Positions 1 to 8,950 of a stretch of 64,000 nucleotides of DNA are shown in pieces (the first letter of the stretch is position 1; every line of letters starts with the position of its first letter). The notes beneath the pieces were generated by a model, which was not told the DNA's origin, did no database searches, and saw nothing but the letters and a program-made list of their open reading frames with translations. This DNA is from Candidatus Poribacteria bacterium (GTDB lineage: Bacteria; Poribacteria; WGA-4E; WGA-3G), in contig OZ243938.1 in assembly GCA_965214095.1 (NCBI GenBank), positions 416,001-480,000 on the forward strand, in the 5' to 3' direction. Both the position numbers and the translations under genes were made by a program.

Positions 1-414
1 AAGTAGTGTTGATGCGACAGTGATCTCTTCATAGATACGTTGCTGCGTGAAAAAATCTTTCCCTTTATGGTGTAATAAAGCTCCCTCGGTACGTTCTTTG
101 ATACCTGGACTTCCGCTAATCACAACAAGCGGAGATTTCTCAGCGTATGCAGCGGTTACGGCGTTTATCATAGATAAACCACCGACACCATACGTAACAC
201 ACGCAGCACCCATGCCATTTGTTCTTGCATAAGCATCTGCTGCGAACCCAGCAGTTTCTTCTCGCGTTGTGCCAATCTGTTGAATAGGACTCTGCTCAAT
301 CAAATCAAAGAACTGCACTACATAATCGCCTGGTAAACCGAAAATGTGATTGATTTCGTAACTCTTCAGTTTTTTCAGAAGGTACTGACCAATTGTTAAC
401 TGTTCATTTAACAT
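1..414 (-). CDS. Thiamine-diphosphate-dependent alpha-keto acid decarboxylase (indolepyruvate/pyruvate decarboxylase family); runs off window start
   Basis: Manual translation MLNEQLTIGQYLLKKLKSYEINHIFGLPGDY...TREETAGFAADAYAR...VTYGVGGLSMINAVTAAYAEKSP matches the TPP-enzyme N-terminal domain; absent from the ORF track because truncated. Confidence 0.85.
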   Translation of the reverse strand, partial: MLNEQLTIGQYLLKKLKSYEINHIFGLPGDYVVQFFDLIEQSPIQQIGTTREETAGFAADAYARTNGMGAACVTYGVGGLSMINAVTAAYAEKSPLVVISGSPGIKERTEGALLHHKGKDFFTQQRIYEEITVASTLL

Positions 415-521
415 AATATTTCCTGTAACAACGCGTGGCAGCAGATCTTCAAAGAATGGTATTGCTCTACTAAACAATATCGTGAGCTCAAATGAATGAG
501 TATACGGTAGAACTTTATGAG

Positions 522-689
522 TTATAGTGAAATGTAAGAATACGTGCACACTCTTCGGTAGATGCGGTTTCCTAACCAAGGCAGAATGCCATAAGCGCAT
601 TCTGCCTGACTATGAAACTGAACAAACACCGGTTCGGTTAGGAAACCGAACCTACCGTAGTCCGTAAATAATTATGAATTCTACTATAA
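522..689. repeat. MITE-like shell (TTATAGT...ACTATAA ends) carrying a GTAG-REP doublet and an extra hairpin
   Basis: Inverted ends; REPs at 558-578 and 631-656 (GGTTCGGTTAGGAAACCGAACCTACC); hairpin AGGCAGAATGC/GCATTCTGCCT between them; right end recurs at 33193-33240 and inverted at 53373-53419. Confidence 0.7.
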
Positions 690-714
690 ACCATATTTTC
701 CATTAATTGCTCTG

Positions 715-1467
715 CTATTGTTTGGTATAATCTGAACGTAACACAAATGTATGCTGTGTCCAGCTGCCTGTGCGCACATCAAGCTCAGTTTCAATTGCCA
801 TAATATCTTCTAATTCCCCGTAAGTAGTGGAATCTTCGGAATTAGCAAACTCAAACTCAACCAACCGGTGTGGGGATTCACCATAGTAATTGTCATAAGA
901 TGCTATTGATTTCAACTGATCCGGTCCGACTGTTATAGAAGAAACGGAATCAACCCAATCCAGATATGCTTGTTTTCCACCAAGTGGATAATCAATTAAC
1001 AAAACACCTCTAACAGGCCAGTTGCCTTCCTCTTCTTTCGCGTAATCGGAACGTTGAATAAATGTGTTCACTGTGACTTTGCTTGTATGGTTCGGTAGGT
1101 CACCCATAATTTTCGCTATTTCTGGACGATTCAGGTAAGTTGCTGCATCAAGAAAACTATCAAATTCATACTCAATGAGTCGATTTGGACTCATTGTTTC
1201 GTCTTGATTATCATAAGACCTTATCCGATTAACCTCTTCGGGAGCCTGAAGAATATCCACAACAGATAAAACCCATGCAATATAAGCATCTTTCCCGCCT
1301 TCTGGGTAATCAATTAACAAAACCAACTTGACTGGAATCTCTTCTCCCATATTATCTTCGGTCTGAACAGAATCCATTACGTCTCTAACTGTCGTACATC
1401 CTGCAATAGCCACAAATACTATGAAAAGTGTGAAAAATGAAATTAGTCTAAAGGTCTGAGTCATCAT
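715..1467 (-). CDS. Putative lipoprotein with two tandem homologous ~100-aa domains (possibly dimeric alpha/beta-barrel type)
   Basis: Signal peptide with lipobox IAGC; internal repeat LLIDYPEGGKDAYIAWV / LLIDYPLGGKQAYLDWV and SYDN..SPNRLIEYEF / SYDN..SPHRLVEFEF. Confidence 0.7.
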   Translation of the reverse strand: MMTQTFRLISFFTLFIVFVAIAGCTTVRDVMDSVQTEDNMGEEIPVKLVLLIDYPEGGKDAYIAWVLSVVDILQAPEEVNRIRSYDNQDETMSPNRLIEYEFDSFLDAATYLNRPEIAKIMGDLPNHTSKVTVNTFIQRSDYAKEEEGNWPVRGVLLIDYPLGGKQAYLDWVDSVSSITVGPDQLKSIASYDNYYGESPHRLVEFEFANSEDSTTYGELEDIMAIETELDVRTGSWTQHTFVLRSDYTKQ

Positions 1468-1831
1468 TGTCCCTCCTATGATAACAATTATTTTTTGGTA
1501 AATCTACAGTTTGATTATATAGGGCATTTATTTTGAGTTAACATTTGTAAGAAAATCCGAAATCTAAACAACCCTATTCAACAATATTAAAAGAAACTTA
1601 TAACTATTCTATACAATATGTGTAAAAATTCAAGTTTTAAATTCGGAACGATGAGAATATAGTGTTGATCTATCATTGATCTGTGATAATGTCCGATAGC
1701 ATGAATAAAAATACCTTCAGGTTTTTGTTGAAATGTTTTTAATTATCATAGATCCTAATTTGACAATAGAAATGGCTGGACAGCAATCTGACTGAACGGA
1801 ATTTGGCAACAGCCCCTTAAACGAACACTAT

Positions 1832-2010
1832 TTATACAATTGATTCATCATGAAAACCGTGTTGCGCAAGTTCTGTAGATGCGTCTGTCCAAACAACTCG
1901 CGCGTGTTTAACAGCCGTAATTGCCTCTGCTTTCGTAGGTTCTGGTACCTTCCCCGGGTAACGAGCATCAGCCAACAAACCGTTTCTGCAAAGACCTCAG
2001 TCGTTTGCAT
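1832..2010 (-). pseudogene. HEPN-domain toxin remnant with internal deletion and frameshift
   Basis: ATG overlaps the MNT end; MQTTEVFAETVCWL, then in another frame ADARYPGKVPEPTKAEAITAVKHARVVW..., a HEPN C-terminal RYPG segment; the middle of the gene is missing. Confidence 0.65.
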
Positions 2011-2317
2011 AGAGTATTTTTCCTTCTTGTTGGGCATAGCGCAGCACCGATCCGATCCGCGTACGGTTACGTTCCAGTTCTTCTGGTGTTGTGACAACGA
2101 TGTCCTTCGCTACGGGTAAGTCAGCCAAGGCGACGCGGATGTCAACAGCCGTTTTCCGCTTATCCTTATCTGCAAGTTTCTCAAAAACTATAAGCAAATC
2201 TATGTCACTATGCCGATCAGCATCCCCTCGTGCTTGTGAACCGAAGAGGATAATCTGCAACGGATCAAAGTCACGGATAATGCGATCTGTCATGATTGAG
2301 ATGAATTCGTTATTCAT
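1997..2317 (-). CDS. Minimal nucleotidyltransferase (MNT) antitoxin
   Basis: LFGSQARGDADRHSDIDLLIV signature (GS-x10-DxD), 106 aa. Confidence 0.9.
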   Translation of the reverse strand: MNNEFISIMTDRIIRDFDPLQIILFGSQARGDADRHSDIDLLIVFEKLADKDKRKTAVDIRVALADLPVAKDIVVTTPEELERNRTRIGSVLRYAQQEGKILYAND

Positions 2318-2654
2318 TTTTCTTTTTCCTTAGAGCATTTTTTGGAAAGTCCAGAAATGTGGATACTTGCTATTATAACATAATTCAAGGGAGAATTGAA
2401 AACCTGTTAGGGTGTGTAAAGTTCTTGCACAAATCCCTCATAAGTCCTTATAGTGCGTGGTCTCCGCGCCCCGCCATCTTTCAATAATGCTTGTAGGGTG
2501 AGTCTCTGTGCCCGCTATCTTTCAATCTATCAACAACTGCAGGAAACAGAAAACCGCCCCTACAATGTGTAGAGAGACGTTACCTGATATGAAAACTTGA
2601 ATTGGTACAAAAACTCTGCCGATTCTGAAAATATACGCGATAAGTTTCAACTAA

Positions 2655-2767
2655 TACCATTTCTAATAGAGAACGCCGCATTTTTGTAGCACAAACTGCC
2701 AGTTTGTGCCATCCTACAAGACATTCTTAACAAATTGTTAATGGGATAAACATTTATAGAAATGGTA
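2655..2767. mobile_element. MITE with TACCATTTCTA/TAGAAATGGTA inverted ends carrying a GTAG-REP
   Basis: Perfect 11-bp terminal IR including terminal TA; internal GTAGCACAAACTGCCAGTTTGTGC hairpin. Confidence 0.65.
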
Positions 2768-2795
2768 TAACTTTATATTATTCTGTAAATTCTGA

Positions 2796-3110
2796 CTATT
2801 CCAAATCGGTTTGAACTTTTATCTCCTCATCTTCTACAACAACTGGGTAAGTCCTAATCCGAAGACGTGGATCTGTCAAACACTCGCCAGTCTCTGTATT
2901 GTAGGTATATCCATGAACCGGACAAACAACCGTCCCGTTCCGTATCCGTCCACGTCCCAGTGAACCCATTGCATGTGGACACGTGTTATCCACAGCACAG
3001 AACTTACCATTTTCATTGAGAATTGCAATACGTCTTCCGTTAACTGTAAAGGACTTTCCCCGTCCTTCCTTAATCTTTGAAGTTTTTGTAACCGTTGTCC
3101 ATTCAGACAT
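2796..3110 (-). CDS. Rieske [2Fe-2S] ferredoxin (NirD/dioxygenase ferredoxin-like)
   Basis: CPH...CPVHG Rieske motifs. Confidence 0.9.
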   Translation of the reverse strand: MSEWTTVTKTSKIKEGRGKSFTVNGRRIAILNENGKFCAVDNTCPHAMGSLGRGRIRNGTVVCPVHGYTYNTETGECLTDPRLRIRTYPVVVEDEEIKVQTDLE

Positions 3111-3114
3111 TTGT

Positions 3115-4818
3115 CTACTCCTTTACACTTCCAAGTGTCATACCTTGAACAAATTCACGTTGCATTGCTAAAAATAGAATTACGATTGGTAGGAGTGATA
3201 ACAGTGTTCCTGCCATTAACATCCCGTAATCCTGCCGATAGATACCGATAAGATTTGCTAAACCAATAGGTAGTGTGTATTTTGCTTCATCGCGTAAAAC
3301 TATAAGTGGCCACAGATAACCGTTCCAAGAACTCAAGAAGGTATAGATAGTCAATGCACCGAGTGCGGGTTTGATAATCGGTAATACAATGCGATAGTAG
3401 ATGCCAAATTCAGAACATCCGTCCATTCTTGCTGCGTCAAGAAGTTCCGATGGAATTGTAACAATAAACTGTCGCATCAGAAACACGCCAAATGCACCGA
3501 CAGAAAATGGGAAAATAATCGCATTGTAACTATTAAGCCAACCGATATCATACATCAAACCAAATAGTGGAACAAGCAATACCTGAAACGGAACCATCAT
3601 TGAGGCAAGCATGATACCGAATAATATCGTCTTGCCACGGAATTGGTATTTTGCAAATGCGAATCCACCAAGTGAACAGAAGAATAGAGCCAGCAATGTT
3701 GAGGCAGTCGCTATAAAAACACTATTGATAAAATAACGATTGAAGGGAACTGCTTTCCATAGTTTACGATAGTTTGTGGTGAGTTTATTCCACACAATTG
3801 ATAGGTATGATGGACGGTGAATGCTTACTGTTAGCCTCAACCTATTTTCTCGGTCAGGTGTTGGAGCTACACTCTTTGTCAACTCCTGCTTTGAAACATA
3901 CTGCTGCATTGTAATTTGTGATGATTCTAATTCTCCTGGAATACCGTGGAGTCGCCATACAGAATCTTTTCGTAACGCACTATCTAAGACAAAAGGACGT
4001 GTAGGCCGATAAATAGTGGCATTTGATGATATTGATAAGGAAAGATGGTGATAGGATGCATTTCCACGAACAGGCAGTATTATACGACGAATGCGGTCTA
4101 TTGGAATAGGAGATTCAAATGGAGTGGTATAAAAGAAATTGTATCCATCTTGAAAATCATTTCTTAGATAGGCCATGGGTGTGGCTCCAGTAGATTCTTG
4201 AACTTGTTGAATAGTAAGTGTTGGAGAAACCCAGTTGATGTTGTCCATCTTATACCGATTAAACTCGTTATCCTCAATTTCAACTGTTTCTATTGCTATC
4301 TGTCGATATACATTATTCCAGATTGTATCAAGAGTTTCAGGAATGATCATTTTTTCCACTTGTGAAACAATTGACTCAGATGATTCAGTCCACACTTCAA
4401 ACGGTAATGTTGTGACGGTTTGTTTCCAAATACCTTTTGTCATTTCATTTTGTAAGTCCTGTATAATATTTGAATCTATGAACAATGGTTTAGTTTCAAT
4501 GTGTTGCTGCACTTTTTCACGTATAACATTTTCTAACTCAGGTTGAAGTGTTTTCCATATATCTTTGTCAACAGGCTTAGGTTTTCTAATCTTAGGATAA
4601 GCATTGGATACGATATAAGGTGAAGAAGTAATTCGTGGAGGTAATTTGGGTAACCACCGAATTGGAACAGCAAAGATCTCATCTGCATTCTTGAATGATG
4701 AACTGACTAACCAGAGGAGAGGAATCATAGTACATAACGCTGCAACAACGAGTAAAGGATACACTATTCCAATTAACAGTTTCTTCTGAATTGGTCGGTG
4801 TTTAGTTTTTAGTTTCAT
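3115..4818 (-). CDS. Carbohydrate ABC transporter permease (MalG-type) with large extracytoplasmic insertion
   Basis: PLLWLVSSSFK N-terminus; EAA loop ELLDAARMDGCSEFGIYYRIVLP; ~290-aa soluble insert after TM1. Confidence 0.85.
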   Translation of the reverse strand: MKLKTKHRPIQKKLLIGIVYPLLVVAALCTMIPLLWLVSSSFKNADEIFAVPIRWLPKLPPRITSSPYIVSNAYPKIRKPKPVDKDIWKTLQPELENVIREKVQQHIETKPLFIDSNIIQDLQNEMTKGIWKQTVTTLPFEVWTESSESIVSQVEKMIIPETLDTIWNNVYRQIAIETVEIEDNEFNRYKMDNINWVSPTLTIQQVQESTGATPMAYLRNDFQDGYNFFYTTPFESPIPIDRIRRIILPVRGNASYHHLSLSISSNATIYRPTRPFVLDSALRKDSVWRLHGIPGELESSQITMQQYVSKQELTKSVAPTPDRENRLRLTVSIHRPSYLSIVWNKLTTNYRKLWKAVPFNRYFINSVFIATASTLLALFFCSLGGFAFAKYQFRGKTILFGIMLASMMVPFQVLLVPLFGLMYDIGWLNSYNAIIFPFSVGAFGVFLMRQFIVTIPSELLDAARMDGCSEFGIYYRIVLPIIKPALGALTIYTFLSSWNGYLWPLIVLRDEAKYTLPIGLANLIGIYRQDYGMLMAGTLLSLLPIVILFLAMQREFVQGMTLGSVKE

Positions 4819-5695
4819 TTGAATGTATAGCTAACTCATCCATATCAACTACTCGTGCACGTTGAATATCGTCTTGGTACTTGAAGACACACCCCAATGT
4901 TTCAGCAATTACCTCTTCATCCAATTGCGTTTTTCCGAGTGCCATGATTGCCAATCCCCAATCTAATGTTTCAGCGATGCCAGGTTTTTTGTAGAAATCA
5001 CCTTGCCGCCAATGTTGCATCATTTCACATAATTGGTTTGCAAGATTTTCATTTATCTGTGGTAACTTCGTTTGAAGAATAGCCAATTCCTTTTCAGCTG
5101 TAGGATAATCTATCCATTGATATAGACAACGACGTTTGAGTGCTTCGTGCACTTCTCGCGTGCGATTAGAAGTCAATACGACATAAGGAATCTGCTTTGC
5201 ATGTATTGTTCCAATTTCGGGGATTGTAATCTGAAAATCCGACAGAATTTCAAGCAAAAATGCTTCAAATTCACTATCACTCCGATCAACTTCATCAATG
5301 AGTAAAACGGGAGGGACATTACCATTTCCTTGAATCGCTTCAAGGAGCGGTCGTTTCAGAAGAAATTTCTCACTGAATAGATCGCTTCCGATTTCATTCT
5401 TATCGCGTCCTTGTGCTTCATCAATTCTCAGTTGTAGAATCTGTCGCGTGTAATTCCATTCATATAATGCACTGTTGACATCCAAACCTTCATAACACTG
5501 TAATCGGATTAACTTCCCACCCGTGGCATCAGCAAGTACTTTTGCTACCTCTGTTTTCCCAACCCCCGGTTCTCCTTCTAAAAAGATCGGTTTCTTGAGA
5601 TGATGTGATAGATAGATCGTTGTTGCTAATCCCTTATCTGCGATGTATGACTGCTTTTCACAGGAGGATTGGACGTTCTCTATTGATTCAAACAT
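4802..5695 (-). CDS. MoxR-family AAA+ ATPase (CoxD-like)
   Basis: GEPGVGKT Walker A, LIRLQCYEGLD, LLIDEVDR Walker B, TSNRTRE..EALKRRC. Confidence 0.9.
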   Translation of the reverse strand: MFESIENVQSSCEKQSYIADKGLATTIYLSHHLKKPIFLEGEPGVGKTEVAKVLADATGGKLIRLQCYEGLDVNSALYEWNYTRQILQLRIDEAQGRDKNEIGSDLFSEKFLLKRPLLEAIQGNGNVPPVLLIDEVDRSDSEFEAFLLEILSDFQITIPEIGTIHAKQIPYVVLTSNRTREVHEALKRRCLYQWIDYPTAEKELAILQTKLPQINENLANQLCEMMQHWRQGDFYKKPGIAETLDWGLAIMALGKTQLDEEVIAETLGCVFKYQDDIQRARVVDMDELAIHSNETKN

Positions 5696-5730
5696 AGCGA
5701 TTGTGTTAAATGAACAAATATCCTTTGATT

Positions 5731-6381
5731 TTATTGATAATCATTAAGTGCGTTTTCATAATCTTCTTTATAATCTATATCGCGTAAGACAGCATCTGTA
5801 TCCACATTGATGTAATGCATATCTTCACTGTGCAATTTATATAATGTTCGTACTCCATCACTATCTGCATCTAATGCTAAAATGTCGTCTGCATATTTCT
5901 GATGAAAGATTACAGGATGTCCGCGTTTATATTGATAGCTCGGAAGAACAATTCCTTTGTCTGTTTGTACATAAGCATCAATCACAGTATCAATTAGAGT
6001 AGATGTAATGAAGGGTTGATCAACTAACATGATAGAGAATGCAAGACTATCGGCATATTTTGCTTCTTTAAGATACTTATCATCCTTTGTAAGATTGAGC
6101 GATTTAATACCTACTTGTGCAGAAGTTAACATACCTTCACGGTAATCGGGATTAATTACTGTTGTCACAGGATATTCATCTATTAACTCTTGAATCTTAT
6201 CCGCGTAATGACCAAGCACGACAACAACCTTACTAAACTTAGAATTCAGCATATTGTCAACTACAGTTTCAACAATGGTCTTCTCACCAAATGGGAGCAA
6301 TTGTTTGGGTTGTCCCATTCTTGAAGAAAGTCCGGCTGCAAGCAGAATACCTGTAATAGCTGGTTGCTGCGTGTCGTTCAT
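5731..6381 (-). CDS. Molybdenum cofactor cytidylyltransferase-like NTP transferase (MocA family)
   Basis: LLAAGLSSRMGQPKQLL, DQP, GHPVIF, DID motifs. Confidence 0.85.
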   Translation of the reverse strand: MNDTQQPAITGILLAAGLSSRMGQPKQLLPFGEKTIVETVVDNMLNSKFSKVVVVLGHYADKIQELIDEYPVTTVINPDYREGMLTSAQVGIKSLNLTKDDKYLKEAKYADSLAFSIMLVDQPFITSTLIDTVIDAYVQTDKGIVLPSYQYKRGHPVIFHQKYADDILALDADSDGVRTLYKLHSEDMHYINVDTDAVLRDIDYKEDYENALNDYQ

Positions 6382-6384
6382 ATC

Positions 6385-7344
6385 CTAATATCGGACTCCG
6401 AATGTTTCATATTCACCCGTGAATTTCCGTTCCTTGATTTCAATGGCATCAACCCTGGATGCACGAGGTCCTTGCCGCAGTTTTTCAATCAATGCATTCA
6501 ATTTCAACTTTTCACTTTCAGCTACTACCTCCACTTTACCATTTGCTAAATTCTTCGCATAACCGTTTACACCGATCTGTTTAGCATTGGTTCGCGTAAA
6601 ATTCCGAAAGCCAACACCTTGAACCTTACCACTGATTAACACATATAACTGCATTTTGCGGTTAACCTCAATGACAAGTCTAATTGGTGTGCCAAGTTCG
6701 GGCATAATGTCATCATTCTTTTTATACAGATTCTCTTCAACAGATTCTGGCAACGGGTTCTGAAAAAGTGCGGAACCATCCGTTTGTTTCAATGCAACAA
6801 TGTGGTTTGACATAAAAGCGTGTGGTATCATTGCATCTTCATCATCACTATCTAAATCTGGTATAACTCGCGAACCTGAATAAATCCAGGCTACTGGTGG
6901 TAACGGTTTGTCAGCCTTGAAATTGTAGATCAATTCTTCAGCACGTACACTTACTGTTTTGCCATCTTTTTCCCATTCCACAGAAAGAAGAAACTTAGTT
7001 CCTGTTGGTGGCACATGTCCCCCTTTTTCATCATCATAGTCGGGAGGTGTACCGGGCTCTATACCGAGTTTTTCTATTGCTTCATAGACATCTTTCGCTG
7101 ATGCTTCTGTTGTAATTATACTTTCATATACCTTCCCAGTTGGTCCACAAGCGATATATTCTACTGCACCTTTTAAGGTGTCATCATATTGACCCAGTGC
7201 CTTGGATATTTCACCTTTTAATATTATTTTTTGTTCTTTTTCTACAATTTGAATATGACCGTCAGTCCACGCAAAGTTTGATAAAAACATAATACCTATA
7301 CATAAAATAAGAATTAACGAACATAAGTAAAATAGATATTTCAT
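6385..7344 (-). CDS. Exported YdjY-like domain fused to C-terminal acylphosphatase
   Basis: N-terminal signal/TM; C-terminal SGKVQGVGFR...GYAKNLANGKVEVVAE acylphosphatase motif; YdjY-like call rests on resemblance only. Confidence 0.7.
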   Translation of the reverse strand: MKYLFYLCSLILILCIGIMFLSNFAWTDGHIQIVEKEQKIILKGEISKALGQYDDTLKGAVEYIACGPTGKVYESIITTEASAKDVYEAIEKLGIEPGTPPDYDDEKGGHVPPTGTKFLLSVEWEKDGKTVSVRAEELIYNFKADKPLPPVAWIYSGSRVIPDLDSDDEDAMIPHAFMSNHIVALKQTDGSALFQNPLPESVEENLYKKNDDIMPELGTPIRLVIEVNRKMQLYVLISGKVQGVGFRNFTRTNAKQIGVNGYAKNLANGKVEVVAESEKLKLNALIEKLRQGPRASRVDAIEIKERKFTGEYETFGVRY

Positions 7345-7491
7345 AAAAAATCTCCTTCAATGTTGTAATACAAAGATTTTAGAAAGTATAACTTAAACCG
7401 TTAAAAATTTCCAGATCATGTTTCCGAATACCAGGTTTATTTTCACCACTACTTGACATCAAACCGATTCTTATGATAAACTGTTGACATC

Positions 7492-8019
7492 ATGAAAATC
7501 CAATTGTCTTTATTCATTTTCCTTCTATTAGCAAACATCGCAATCCATGCGAAAGAAGAACCACCGAAAGTTGGAGAACTTGCACCCGAATTTGCCCTTC
7601 AAGATTTTGAAGAGAAAACACATTCCTTAAAGAAGTTGCGCGGAAAAATCGTATTCTTGATTTTGGGAAACAGGAAAATTCGGAAGGAAGATGATAAATG
7701 GGCAGAAGCATTCAAAAAGGACTTTAAAGAAAACGAGAAAGTTACCGCATTCATTATTGCAGATATGCGAAGTGTTCCAGGTTTCATTCCAAAACGGTTC
7801 ATCCGATCACAAATAAAGAAAAAACCGCCACCTGTAAAATTTTTATTCGATTGGAAAGGTGAGATACACAAAAAATACCATACTGAGAAAAAGAAACCTA
7901 ACCTATATCTGATTTCTCCGCAAGGAAAAATTGTATTTCATAAGAAAGCGGATTTCAAACCAGAATTATACACCGAACTGAAAAAACAAATTCAAACTCA
8001 ATTGAAGTCAACGCGCTAA
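7492..8019 (+). CDS. Secreted thioredoxin/redoxin-fold protein lacking cysteines
   Basis: Signal peptide; PKVGELAPEFALQD...LRGKIVFL and YLISPQGKIVF redoxin-like segments; no Cys. Confidence 0.7.
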   Translation: MKIQLSLFIFLLLANIAIHAKEEPPKVGELAPEFALQDFEEKTHSLKKLRGKIVFLILGNRKIRKEDDKWAEAFKKDFKENEKVTAFIIADMRSVPGFIPKRFIRSQIKKKPPPVKFLFDWKGEIHKKYHTEKKKPNLYLISPQGKIVFHKKADFKPELYTELKKQIQTQLKSTR

Positions 8020-8069
8020 ATCACTTTTGAAAAGAATAAGTGCATTTGAGTCTAAGTAGGAAGGATGTT

Positions 8070-8921
8070 ATGGATACGAAAAATGAAATCAAAAAATATT
8101 TATCTTATCCGATGCTTTTAATAGGCAGCGGCTCATTTTTCGGTGTGCTCGGATGGATGGGATTAGCAAATGCAGCAGAAAGTATAATCTTTCTTATCGG
8201 TTCATCGCTACTCTCATTAACCGGTTCAATGACCACACTATGCGGACTCATGAGTCTGGAAAGATTTCCACCAAGTAAACAAAAAATTAGACAATTGAAA
8301 TCTGATATATCTAAACACCTAAAGATACATTATCCTACCTATATTATTGAAGTTGAAAAATCCAAACAGAAGTATAAAGAATTATCCGAACAACTTCGAT
8401 CTATTCGCACTTATTTTGAGGGGTATCAACAGGAAGTAAGAAGTTTACGCTCTGAATTAACTCACATTGATAAGCAACTACAACAGAATCTAAAAGATAA
8501 TGCTCCAATTATTGACAACGATAGTGCGGATGCTATTGCAAGAAAGCTGCTCTGGTCTGAAAAACAGATTCAACTTGCTGAATTAAGTGAACAGTTTGAG
8601 AAATTTACTCGGACTTTTTCCTCTATAGATTTAGAACGATATCGTGATGAACTTACATATATCAGTGGCGGTCTAATACAATTAGAACAGGGAATGGAAT
8701 ATTATCGTGACTTGATGATTTTATGTAGTCAATCAAGCACTAAATATGACAATATCATCAATGCAAAAAAGAGGGTAGAAAAGGTTGACAGTTTGATCTC
8801 ACAACAACAAAAAAGACTTGTAGATCTGGAGTCAGAAATGGATACAAAATGTGAGGAAGTAAAATTTGAGTTATCTCAATTTCGTGAACGGTGTGATGAT
8901 TTCAAGACTGATGGAACTTGA
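8070..8921 (+). CDS. Hypothetical membrane-anchored coiled-coil protein
   Basis: Two N-terminal TM helices, then heptad-rich helical region; ATG 8070 follows AGGA. Confidence 0.65.
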   Translation: MDTKNEIKKYLSYPMLLIGSGSFFGVLGWMGLANAAESIIFLIGSSLLSLTGSMTTLCGLMSLERFPPSKQKIRQLKSDISKHLKIHYPTYIIEVEKSKQKYKELSEQLRSIRTYFEGYQQEVRSLRSELTHIDKQLQQNLKDNAPIIDNDSADAIARKLLWSEKQIQLAELSEQFEKFTRTFSSIDLERYRDELTYISGGLIQLEQGMEYYRDLMILCSQSSTKYDNIINAKKRVEKVDSLISQQQKRLVDLESEMDTKCEEVKFELSQFRERCDDFKTDGT

Positions 8922-8950
8922 TGTTTCATTTTAAAAACACAGGGGTTGAT

